DNA of 64,000 bases from Patescibacteria group bacterium (lineage in GTDB: Bacteria > Patescibacteriota > Minisyncoccia > UBA6257 > UBA9933): NCBI GenBank assembly GCA_030017615.1, contig JASEIG010000001.1, positions 22,518-86,517 of the forward strand, read 5' to 3'. The position numbers and the translations under genes were made by a program. The notes below the pieces were generated by a model. That model saw only the letters and a program-made list of their open reading frames with translations, did no database searches and was not told the origin of the DNA. Below, one piece after another: positions 1-8,799 of the stretch (its first letter is position 1; every line of letters begins with the position of its first letter).

Positions 1-1
1 T

Positions 2-91
2 TATGCCGACGCGATATTAGAGAAAGAAAAAGAACTCAGGGAACAAGGGGTAAAATTTATTATTCCAGCGCCTTTTGTGAGAGTTGTCTAA
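2..91 (+). CDS. 3' end of an upstream CDS of unknown product (partial, ...ILEKEKELREQGVKFIIPAPFVRVV*)
   Basis: Open frame running from the window edge to TAA at 89-91. No recognisable domain in the 30 visible residues. Confidence 0.3.
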   Translation, partial: YADAILEKEKELREQGVKFIIPAPFVRVV

Positions 92-95
92 TTTT

Positions 96-1028
96 ATGAA
101 ACAAATTAGGTGCAATTTTTGTGACAGTGATAATTCGTCATTGCTTTATAAAGCAAAAGACAGAATGATTCGCAGAAACGATTTGCGGGAATTTAACGTT
201 GTTATTTGCGGAGATTGCGGGCTTGTTTGTTTTAATCCGCAACCTGAATGGAAAGATTTAGAATATTTTTATGGAGACGATTATTATACAAATTTTTTTG
301 CAAATAAAAATAAAAAAAGCGCTGTTTATAATTTGATCAGAAAAGCAAAGAGAGCCGTCCTCGGCGCTTATATGCCGAAATTTTGGGATTTCGGAAAGAA
401 AAGCGGGAATTTTTTGAATATTGGATGCGGAAACGGCGATTATGAATCATATTTAATAAAAAATTATCAAAAATGGAAATTTTATGGCGTTGAACCAAAT
501 ATTTTATCTTATCAAATTGCAAAGACAATTGATGGATTTAAAGTATTTAACGGGGATTTGAAAAGCGCACGTTATAAAGATAATTATTTTGATGTTATTT
601 TAATGAATCATTCGCTTGAACACATGCCGAACCCTATGGAAAATATTGCCGAGTGTTTTCGCATTCTAAAACCTGGCGGGCGACTGGTTGTGGCTGTCCC
701 GAATTTCAATTGTTTTACGAGGCGTTTATTTGGCAGTTACTGGTTTCATCTTGACGCTCCGCGTCATCTTTTTCATTTTTCTTCCGATGTTTTAAAAGCT
801 ATGTTAGAAAAAAATAATTTTAAAATTAATTCGCTAAAATTTGAAGTTCTTTCGGGAAGCATAATGCGAAACATAGATTATAAATTAAACAGAAAAGAAT
901 GTTTTTTTGACAAACCATTTATATCGCTTATTATTCATTACCTGATTTTTCCGATTGACAGGTTTATAGAATTAATCGGCTTGGCCAGCGGCTTAAGGAT
1001 AATAGCGGTGAAATGTAAATATAATTAA
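96..1028 (+). CDS. Class I SAM-dependent methyltransferase with N-terminal CxxC...CxxC zinc ribbon
   Basis: N-terminal RCNFCDS...CGDCGL zinc-ribbon pattern. Motif I LNIGCGNGDY and an acidic post-I region, Methyltransf_11/23-like. ATG at 96 is preferred over the TTG at 84 used by the ORF track. Confidence 0.6.
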   Translation: MKQIRCNFCDSDNSSLLYKAKDRMIRRNDLREFNVVICGDCGLVCFNPQPEWKDLEYFYGDDYYTNFFANKNKKSAVYNLIRKAKRAVLGAYMPKFWDFGKKSGNFLNIGCGNGDYESYLIKNYQKWKFYGVEPNILSYQIAKTIDGFKVFNGDLKSARYKDNYFDVILMNHSLEHMPNPMENIAECFRILKPGGRLVVAVPNFNCFTRRLFGSYWFHLDAPRHLFHFSSDVLKAMLEKNNFKINSLKFEVLSGSIMRNIDYKLNRKECFFDKPFISLIIHYLIFPIDRFIELIGLASGLRIIAVKCKYN

Positions 1029-1107
1029 AAAGTAAAATTTTAAATTTTTTATTTTATATAATAGAGAATAAAATTAAAAAGAATAGTTTTTAGTTTATAT
1101 CAAAAAT

Positions 1108-2160
1108 ATGAAAATTCACATCAGTAATTGCAGTAAAAAAGCCCCTTATCAATTTATTAATCTACTTGCAGACGCTTTTGAAAAAGAAGGGCATCGGGTT
1201 TTTAAATTTGATGATAGGGATTATACATCGGTGTATTTGAAAGTTGACAGTTTTATTAGAAGATCGCCACTTTTTCTGTTGACTAAACATTATTCGAAAC
1301 CTTTTGATTTTAAGCAAAAGTACAAGGAATTTATCGGCGAACAATGGCTTAAAACATTAAAAGATTTTAATCCGGATGTGGTTTTAATTGTTAACACGGG
1401 TTGGCTTTCACAAAAAGCCGTGAGTATTGCCAGAGAAAAATTACAATCTAAATTTGTTTTTTGGGTTGTTGATAATCCTGTTTTGCCGGCTGCTGAAGAT
1501 TTAATTAGTTTTTTGCCTTATTGCAATATATTGCTTGTTGCTGATTCTGGCTGGATTCCTCTTATTGGTTTTTTTAATAAGAATGTTGTGTACCTTCCGT
1601 TAGCCAGTTCAGATATTTGTTATAAGACATTTAACCAACCGCGTGACTTGGATTTTTCTTTCACGGGAAGTTTTTTCCCAAAAGAATCGGCCGGTTTTTT
1701 GAGAGCATATATTCTTTCAAATATTCCATCTAAATACAAAGCGGAAATTTATGGTTATAATATCGGTCATTTTTTAAATATTTATCCCAAATTAAAGAAT
1801 TTTAATTGTTATAATAAAAATATCAGCGAATCGTACCTTAATAATCTTTGGAATCGCTCTAAATTAACTGCCGTTATTTATCATCCGCAGGTTATCCATG
1901 GTGTTGCTCCTCGTGTTTTTGACGCCGCTCTTACGAAAACTCCGCAAATTATTCAATACACAACTTCTCTTCAAGATTTATTTCCGGGGATTGCAATACC
2001 AACTTTTAAATCGACGGCTGAATTTTCGGAAAAAGTTGAATATTATTTAAGTCATCTGAAAGAAAGAGAAGAATTAGCAGAAGAAATGTTTGATGTTACG
2101 AAAAACAATCATTTATTTATTCATCGAGTAAGGAAAATAATGGAATTACTAAACAAATAA
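1108..2160 (+). CDS. Putative glycosyltransferase, CgeB/DUF3880-like (GT1-fold C-terminal domain)
   Basis: C-terminal PRVFDAALTKT segment resembles the Glyco_trans_1_2 motif of CgeB-like proteins. Lies inside a glycosyltransferase gene array. Weak recognition. Confidence 0.4.
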   Translation: MKIHISNCSKKAPYQFINLLADAFEKEGHRVFKFDDRDYTSVYLKVDSFIRRSPLFLLTKHYSKPFDFKQKYKEFIGEQWLKTLKDFNPDVVLIVNTGWLSQKAVSIAREKLQSKFVFWVVDNPVLPAAEDLISFLPYCNILLVADSGWIPLIGFFNKNVVYLPLASSDICYKTFNQPRDLDFSFTGSFFPKESAGFLRAYILSNIPSKYKAEIYGYNIGHFLNIYPKLKNFNCYNKNISESYLNNLWNRSKLTAVIYHPQVIHGVAPRVFDAALTKTPQIIQYTTSLQDLFPGIAIPTFKSTAEFSEKVEYYLSHLKEREELAEEMFDVTKNNHLFIHRVRKIMELLNK

Positions 2161-3059
2161 TGGCTGACAAATTAAAATTTAGCATAATTATTCCTTCTTA
2201 TAACGAGGGCGATGACATAAGGTTATCTATTGAATCGGCGATTAATCAAACATATCAGAATAAAGAAATTTTAGTAGTTGACGATTCAAATGACAATACT
2301 CCTAAAATTATCAAAGAATACGAAAATTCTGACGTGTTGTTTTTAAACGGGCCGAGAAGGGGATGTTGCGGAGCGCGTAATTTTGGGATGAAAGAGGCGC
2401 GCGGAGATATCGTGGTTTTATTAAATGGAGATGTGGTATTACCGCCTGATTTTTTGGAAAAAATATTAAGACATTATAATAATGGCGCTGATTATGTTTT
2501 GGTTGAATCAAGGGGATTTAATTTGGAAAATTTATGGGCGCGGTTTGTTGAGATGCAACATCGCTATGAAATGAAAAAAATAGGCGAAACGGCGGAATGG
2601 ACAGAGGGATTTTCATGTCGCAGACAGGCGGCTTTGGATATCGGATTAATTCCGGGAGATTTTTCCGCGCGATTTTGCAGAGATTGGTTTTTAGGGAAAA
2701 AGTTAAAAGAAGCCGGATTTAAGAAAAAAGTTGATTTTTCAATTTTAGTTACGCACAAATCGCCGGATAATTTCAAAGAATATTGGCGGGTCAGAAAAAA
2801 CCGTGGCAAATTTTCCGCTTTAACGCAATGTTTTTTGCTTCGGCATAATCGCGGTTTTTTAACGTTGAAATTCTTATTTAAAAATTTGTTACGGCTTTTG
2901 GAATTTGTTTTAATTTTTCTGGCGGCGATAAAAATATATAAAATAAGCAAATTTTCCGAAAAGCCGGCAAAAAATTTCCTTCCCTTTTTATTCGCGTATT
3001 TTATCCAAAAAATCGCTTTTGTATACGGAGAATGGAGCGGGTTAATTTTTAAGAAATAA
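2160..3059 (+). CDS. Glycosyltransferase family 2 (membrane-anchored)
   Basis: N-terminal FSIIIPSYNEGDDI...VVDDSNDNT...GCCGARN GT2 (GT-A fold) signature. Hydrophobic C-terminal segment. Start overlaps the upstream stop (TAATGG). Confidence 0.75.
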   Translation: MADKLKFSIIIPSYNEGDDIRLSIESAINQTYQNKEILVVDDSNDNTPKIIKEYENSDVLFLNGPRRGCCGARNFGMKEARGDIVVLLNGDVVLPPDFLEKILRHYNNGADYVLVESRGFNLENLWARFVEMQHRYEMKKIGETAEWTEGFSCRRQAALDIGLIPGDFSARFCRDWFLGKKLKEAGFKKKVDFSILVTHKSPDNFKEYWRVRKNRGKFSALTQCFLLRHNRGFLTLKFLFKNLLRLLEFVLIFLAAIKIYKISKFSEKPAKNFLPFLFAYFIQKIAFVYGEWSGLIFKK

Positions 3060-3179
3060 TAAATAAAGGTCGAGATAATTTGAATAAATTAAATATCAAA
3101 CAGTGGTTGGTATGGACAAATTTTAAATTATAAACCATCATTATTTATAATTAAAGGAATTACTTTTAAAATAAATAAT

Positions 3180-3950
3180 ATGAAAAAGTTTATTAAAAAG
3201 ATATTACCAGAACCGTTGGCCAAGTTATATTGGTTATTTAAGGTGGCGCGCATAAAATTTATAACATGGATACCAAAATATAACGAAGATGAGTTAATAA
3301 CAGGACATAACGCTGATTTTATGAAAGACGAGCGATTTATGTCCGCGTATAATTCAGCGGTTAAAGCCGGGCTTGCAATTTCAGATAAAATTCATTGGCG
3401 GGCGCATACAATTTGTTGGGCGGCATTACGGGCAAGTCAATTGGAGGGTGATTTTGTTGAAGTTGGAGTGGCTAAAGGATTCTTATCTAAGGTGATTGTG
3501 GATTATCTTAATTTTAAAGAGCTTTCAAAAAATTTTTTCTTATTGGATACATTTGAGGGGTTTATAGAAAAGTATTTTACTGAGAGTGAGAAAAAAAACG
3601 GGAGGAAAGGAGGTAATTATCTTAATAGTGCCAGCTATGAACAGGTTAGAGAAACTTTTCGGGATTATAAAAATGTAAAAATTATAAAAGGAATCGTGCC
3701 TGATATTTTGTCGCGAGTGGATTTTTCTAAAATTGCTTATCTCCATATAGATATGAATTGTACGATTCCGGAAATCTTAGCTGCAGAATATTTTTGGGAT
3801 AAAATGGTATCTGGAGCGATTATGATATTAGACGACTACGGACATAGCGGACATGAAGAGCAAAAATATGCGTTTGATGAGTTTGCTAAAAGGAAAAATG
3901 TTTCTATTTTGTCTTTGCCAACTGGACAGGGCTTAATAATTAAGCCGTAA
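3180..3950 (+). CDS. TylF/MycF-family (macrocin-O-methyltransferase-like) sugar O-methyltransferase
   Basis: LHIDMNCTIPEILAAEYFWDKMVSGAIMILDDYG block and GVAKGFL motif are typical of the TylF class I methyltransferase family. Confidence 0.6.
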   Translation: MKKFIKKILPEPLAKLYWLFKVARIKFITWIPKYNEDELITGHNADFMKDERFMSAYNSAVKAGLAISDKIHWRAHTICWAALRASQLEGDFVEVGVAKGFLSKVIVDYLNFKELSKNFFLLDTFEGFIEKYFTESEKKNGRKGGNYLNSASYEQVRETFRDYKNVKIIKGIVPDILSRVDFSKIAYLHIDMNCTIPEILAAEYFWDKMVSGAIMILDDYGHSGHEEQKYAFDEFAKRKNVSILSLPTGQGLIIKP

Positions 3951-3970
3951 AATATATCGGTGTTTACTAA

Positions 3971-5119
3971 ATGAAGATAATAATTTCAGTCGGAGGGAGG
4001 TTTCATGCTTTTAATTTAACTCAACAGCTTTTAAAGAAAAATTATTTGGAGCGTTTGATCACTTCATACCCGAAATTTGAAGTTGTTAAATATGGCATTC
4101 CGAAAGAAAAAATAAGAACAATTTTAATCAAGGAAATTTTGGAGAGGAGCTGGAGAAAATTGCCGAAAATTCTGAGAAATTTTTACAATCCTCAATATTT
4201 ACTTCATGAAATTTTTGACAAAGCGGCGGCAAAAAAATTAGTTCCGGCGGATATTTTTGTCGGATGGGCAAGTTTTTCCCTGCATTCAATGATGAAAGCA
4301 AAAGAAATGGGGATGAAAATTATTTTGGACGAGGGAAGTTCCCATATTGAATATAGAAGAGATATTGTTAAAGAAGAATATGAGAAGTTTGGCATTAAGC
4401 CGGAATTGCCGCACTCTAAAATCGCTGAAAAAGAATTGAAAGAATATGAGGAGGCGGATTATATTTGCGTTTCTTCTTTGTTTGCCAAAAGAACTTTTTT
4501 AGAAAAAGGAATTTCGGAAAATAAAATTATTCATGTTCCTTACGGAGTGGATTTATCCGACTTTCGGCAAATTCCAAAAAACGACAATGTTTTTCGCGTT
4601 ATTTTTGTCGGTGGAATGGCTTTAAGAAAAGGGGTTCATTATCTTTTACAATCATTTTCAGAATTAAATCTTCCTAATTCGGAACTTCTTTTGGTCGGAT
4701 CGCTGACTGACGAAATTAAGCCGTTTTTTAAAAAATATGAAGGAAAATTTAGATGGGCAGGAACTGTTCCTCAAAAAAATCTTTATAAATATTATTCACA
4801 GAGCTCGGTGTTTGTTCTTAATTCCATTGAAGACGGGTTTGGCATGGTGATTATTCAGGCAATGGCTTGCGGGTTGCCGGTTATTTGCACTGAAAATACA
4901 GGAGGTCCGGATATTGTTCGCAACGGAAAAGACGGATTTATAATTCCAATTAGAGATATTGAAAAATTGAAAGAAAAATTATTATATTTATACAACAATA
5001 AAAAAATTTTGAAACAGATGAGTCAATCGGCTAAAGAAAGAGTTAGTAAAGGATTTACTTGGGATGTTTACGGAAATAAGATTGTGAGAGCTTATAAACG
5101 TGTTTTATCTAATTCGTAA
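3971..5119 (+). CDS. Glycosyltransferase family 4 (GT-B, retaining)
   Basis: C-terminal EDGFGMVIIQAMACGLPVICTENTGGPDIV is the GT4/GT1 EX7E region. Lies in the glycosyltransferase array. Confidence 0.75.
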   Translation: MKIIISVGGRFHAFNLTQQLLKKNYLERLITSYPKFEVVKYGIPKEKIRTILIKEILERSWRKLPKILRNFYNPQYLLHEIFDKAAAKKLVPADIFVGWASFSLHSMMKAKEMGMKIILDEGSSHIEYRRDIVKEEYEKFGIKPELPHSKIAEKELKEYEEADYICVSSLFAKRTFLEKGISENKIIHVPYGVDLSDFRQIPKNDNVFRVIFVGGMALRKGVHYLLQSFSELNLPNSELLLVGSLTDEIKPFFKKYEGKFRWAGTVPQKNLYKYYSQSSVFVLNSIEDGFGMVIIQAMACGLPVICTENTGGPDIVRNGKDGFIIPIRDIEKLKEKLLYLYNNKKILKQMSQSAKERVSKGFTWDVYGNKIVRAYKRVLSNS

Positions 5120-5126
5120 TTAAATT

Positions 5127-6326
5127 ATGAAGATTAAATTAATGAGAAAAATTGATTGGTATGTGGGGGTGCCGCTTTGTTATTTTTTAAGTGTATTAAA
5201 CGGAATAAAAAAAACTCTTTTCAATAAAAAGTTAAATAAAGTCAGAAAAATTTTAGTTATAAAATTTTTTGGCATCGGCAGTATTGTGTTGACGTCTCCC
5301 GCACTAATTGCTTTAAGAGATAGATTTCCTGAAGCGGAAATAGATTTTTTAACTTTCAAACAGAATGAGGAAATTTTAAACCTTTTAAATTTAACCTATA
5401 AAAATTATTTTATTGATTCAAAAAATATTTTTAAATTTGTTTTTAGTGTTTTTAAAATTATCTATCAATTAAGAAAAGAAAAATATGACATTGTTTTTGA
5501 TTTGGAATTTTTTGCCAAATTTCCGTTAATAATGGCATTTTTAACCGGCGCCCGCCGGAAAGCGGGTTTTTATCTGGTGATAGAACCATGGAGAAAATCC
5601 TTACTTGATTATTATGGCTATTATAATCATTACTATCACACAAAAGACATATTTTTATCCCTTGTTTATTTGGTTAAAGAAAATGATCCGTATTATCTGA
5701 ATTTTGATGAATATATTCAAGCTTATGAATTTCCCCGTTTTGTTTTATCGGAAAATGATAAAAAAGGAATTACGCAAAGATTAAAAAATTTAGGATGGCA
5801 AGGGGAAAAGATTATTTTAATAAATCCGAATGCCGGACTGGAGTTAGCTCCGACACTTAAAAAATGGCCGAAAGATCATTTTGCCTTATTTATAGAAAAA
5901 TTTACCCACGAATATCCTAAAGTTTTTATTATTTTAACCGGATCAAAATCCGAAAAGTCATATGTTCAAGAAATTATTGATATTATGGTTAAAAGTAATA
6001 AGAAAATCACTAATCTTGCCGGAGAAACTTCATTAAAAGAACTTTTATGCCTGTTTGAATTATCCTCTTTGTTTGTGAGTGTCGATAGCGGACCTATGCA
6101 TTTGGCTACTTTGACAAATATTCCGATTATTGGATTATTCGGCGCCGGTATTCCCGTAGTTGATGGTCCTAAAAGTAAAAATTCGGTTGCTTTATACAAA
6201 AATTTATATTGCGTACCCATGCTTACCGTATATAACGGCAAACAAACCGAATTAAAAGAAAATATACCGGTGAAATTAATAACTGTTGATGAAGTTTTTA
6301 ATAAAGCTAAGGAAATAATGATATAA
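5127..6326 (+). CDS. Glycosyltransferase family 9 (heptosyltransferase-like)
   Basis: N-terminal KILVIKFFGIGSIVLTSPALIALRDRFPEAEIDFLTF resembles ADP-heptose:LPS heptosyltransferase (RfaF/WaaC family). C-terminal DSGPMHLA motif. Confidence 0.65.
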   Translation: MKIKLMRKIDWYVGVPLCYFLSVLNGIKKTLFNKKLNKVRKILVIKFFGIGSIVLTSPALIALRDRFPEAEIDFLTFKQNEEILNLLNLTYKNYFIDSKNIFKFVFSVFKIIYQLRKEKYDIVFDLEFFAKFPLIMAFLTGARRKAGFYLVIEPWRKSLLDYYGYYNHYYHTKDIFLSLVYLVKENDPYYLNFDEYIQAYEFPRFVLSENDKKGITQRLKNLGWQGEKIILINPNAGLELAPTLKKWPKDHFALFIEKFTHEYPKVFIILTGSKSEKSYVQEIIDIMVKSNKKITNLAGETSLKELLCLFELSSLFVSVDSGPMHLATLTNIPIIGLFGAGIPVVDGPKSKNSVALYKNLYCVPMLTVYNGKQTELKENIPVKLITVDEVFNKAKEIMI

Positions 6327-6330
6327 ATTT

Positions 6331-7197
6331 ATGCAATGCCCGATTTGTGATTCTAAAAATATTAAAAATGTAATATTGAAGGAATATACCGGATATAAAT
6401 GCCTGAATTGCGAGGTAGAATTTGTTTGGCCCCAGCCCACAAAAGAAGAATTAAGCAAAATTTATCAGGACGGCTATTACAAATCTTGGGGCGTGGAAGG
6501 AAATAAAAATGATGAAGTGCGTCTGATGAAAATTGCAACATCAAAGAAATATTTGAAAGCGGTTAAAAAATACAAAGAGAAAGGAAAATTATTGGATATT
6601 GGGTGCGCTTTCGGTTATTTACTTGAAGCAGCCGAAGAATCGGGATTTGACATTTATGGAGTTGAACTTTCCCGGTTTAGCAGCGATTTCGCTCAAAAAA
6701 AATTTGTATCCAAAATATTCAACGGCGAATTAAAGGAAGCAAAATTTCCTGAAAATAATTTTGATGTAATTGTAATGTCCGATTTATTGGAGCATATTCC
6801 AAAACCGGTTGAATTTTTAATTGAGGTAAAAAGAATAATAAAAAAAGACGGCGTGATTGTCATAATTACGCCTGATACGGACAGTTTTTCCAGAAAAATT
6901 TTAAGGCCGGATAACTGGTTTCATTACAAATTAGAGCACTTATTTTATTATAATAAGAAATCTTTGAGTAATTTATTGAATAAATTTGATTTTTCATTAT
7001 TGAATAAAAAACCGGCGGTAAAGGCGATTAGCTTGTTGTATTTGAAAAATCAACTTAATATTTTTCGCAATCATATTTTTACGCCGGTTATAAATTTTAT
7101 TTTTTTCTTAAGTCCGGAGTTTATAAAAAAAAAATATCTTTACATTTCAGGAGGGGAAATGTTTGCTATTTTTAAAAAAACTCACGATTGTTATTAA
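6331..7197 (+). CDS. Class I SAM-dependent methyltransferase with N-terminal zinc ribbon
   Basis: CPICDS...CLNCE zinc ribbon. Motif I LLDIGCAFGYLLE. DVIVMSDLLEH motif. Same architecture as the first gene in the window. Confidence 0.6.
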   Translation: MQCPICDSKNIKNVILKEYTGYKCLNCEVEFVWPQPTKEELSKIYQDGYYKSWGVEGNKNDEVRLMKIATSKKYLKAVKKYKEKGKLLDIGCAFGYLLEAAEESGFDIYGVELSRFSSDFAQKKFVSKIFNGELKEAKFPENNFDVIVMSDLLEHIPKPVEFLIEVKRIIKKDGVIVIITPDTDSFSRKILRPDNWFHYKLEHLFYYNKKSLSNLLNKFDFSLLNKKPAVKAISLLYLKNQLNIFRNHIFTPVINFIFFLSPEFIKKKYLYISGGEMFAIFKKTHDCY

Positions 7198-7304
7198 TTA
7201 GTCTGGTTAATTTTCCGTTAACCATCATTGTCATTGAAAAATTTTAAATTTTATGGTTAAATTTTTTCAGTTCTTATCCAAAAATTGACGAGGAGGAATT
7301 TTAA

Positions 7305-8600
7305 ATGAAAATGTTGCTGATAGGGATTACAAGCGAGGTTGAACCCTTAGGGATGATGTATTTAGCCGCGTCTTTAAAGTTACGGGGCCATTCAGTCGAT
7401 TTCCAAATCTTCAAGAATGAAATGAAGGTAAAAGAAGCGACTCTTAAAAACGGCTATGATTTCATCGGTTTCAGCGTTTTGACTGGCTCTCACAAATCAT
7501 TAAAGGATTTGTCGCTGAGATATATGGAGGCTGGAATAAAAACCGTCATTGGCAACGCTCATGCAACTTTTTTTTCCGAGGATTGTTTGAATGTCGCGAA
7601 CTTTGTTCTTGTCGGAGAAGGTATAAATTTAATCAACGATATTGTTGAAAATAAGGTTTCTGAAGGCAAGGTTTTCTCTCCAAACTTGTGTGATGTAAAT
7701 GATATGCCGATGCCGGATCGTGAAATTATTTATAGGGATGGTGAAAGAAAAAATAACCCCATAAAAAATGTCATGACCAGTTTTGGTTGCCCCTTTCGTT
7801 GTAGCTACTGTTACAACGACCAGTATAAAAAACTGTACCCCGGGTATAAAGTCAGATTAAGAAGCGTGGAAAGTGTAATTGATGAATGCGGGTTTTTGAA
7901 AAAAAATTATTCTCTTGGAATGATTTTTTTCCAGGATGACTATTTTGGATTCAATATTCCGTGGCTGGAAGAATTTTCCCGAAAATATTCGGAAATGATA
8001 AAAATACCTTTCCATTGCCAGATGAGAGTGGAAGGTGTCATGGAATTACGGATGGGATTGCTGAAAAAAAGCGGTTGTCACGGCATTACCATTGCCATAG
8101 AAAGCTCCAATAATCGGATAAGAAGGAGGTTACTGAACAGAAAAATGTCTGACAAGCAAATTTGGGATGCCTGCCGCCTGATCAAAGAAAAAGGATTCAA
8201 ATTAAGAACAGAGCAGATAATAGGGTTGCCGGAAAGCTCCATAGATGACGACATTGAGCTTTTAAGATGGAATTGCCAGATAGCCCCCGATATAGCCTGG
8301 ACTTCGATATACGCTCCTTTCAGAGGGACAAGCTTGGGGGAATATTGCGTTAAGCATGGCTTATACACTGGCAATAATGATGATATCGCAGATTCTTTCT
8401 TTGATTCCACGGTTTTGAATTTTAATAAAAAGCATCAAAATCAAATCAACAAGTTGCAAAGAATCTTCTCGCTTTGCGCTAAAATCCAAGATGGTCATAT
8501 TTTAGCGGAAAAATTAATAAAACTGGAAAATCTGGATATAAATTTACTGGCCAAGTTGTTAAAAAATCACTTGTACAATTATGGGCTCTATAAGATTTAG
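7305..8600 (+). CDS. B12-binding domain radical SAM protein
   Basis: N-terminal Rossmann-like B12-binding region, then the FGCPFRCSYCYN radical-SAM CxxxCxxC cluster motif. Confidence 0.7.
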   Translation: MKMLLIGITSEVEPLGMMYLAASLKLRGHSVDFQIFKNEMKVKEATLKNGYDFIGFSVLTGSHKSLKDLSLRYMEAGIKTVIGNAHATFFSEDCLNVANFVLVGEGINLINDIVENKVSEGKVFSPNLCDVNDMPMPDREIIYRDGERKNNPIKNVMTSFGCPFRCSYCYNDQYKKLYPGYKVRLRSVESVIDECGFLKKNYSLGMIFFQDDYFGFNIPWLEEFSRKYSEMIKIPFHCQMRVEGVMELRMGLLKKSGCHGITIAIESSNNRIRRRLLNRKMSDKQIWDACRLIKEKGFKLRTEQIIGLPESSIDDDIELLRWNCQIAPDIAWTSIYAPFRGTSLGEYCVKHGLYTGNNDDIADSFFDSTVLNFNKKHQNQINKLQRIFSLCAKIQDGHILAEKLIKLENLDINLLAKLLKNHLYNYGLYKI

Positions 8601-8616
8601 TAGAAGAATAGTTAAA

Positions 8617-8648
8617 ATCCCCCGCGATGTTATGCAGGGGGTTTTTTA
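8617..8648 (+). terminator. Rho-independent terminator (CCCCCGC...GCAGGGGG stem plus T-run)
   Basis: GC-rich inverted repeat 8619-8641 followed by TTTTTT, immediately after the stop of the B12-rSAM gene. Confidence 0.55.
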
Positions 8649-8799
8649 ATATAAAAACAGAAAGCAAATGACTTGATTTGTAGATTAATTTATCGTATTA
8701 TTATCCGAATTGGATTTGATTAACTGGTATTAAAATTATGATAAAGGGCAATGATTTTTAACTTTTAATTCATTGAGATTGGGGCAATTTATAATTATT

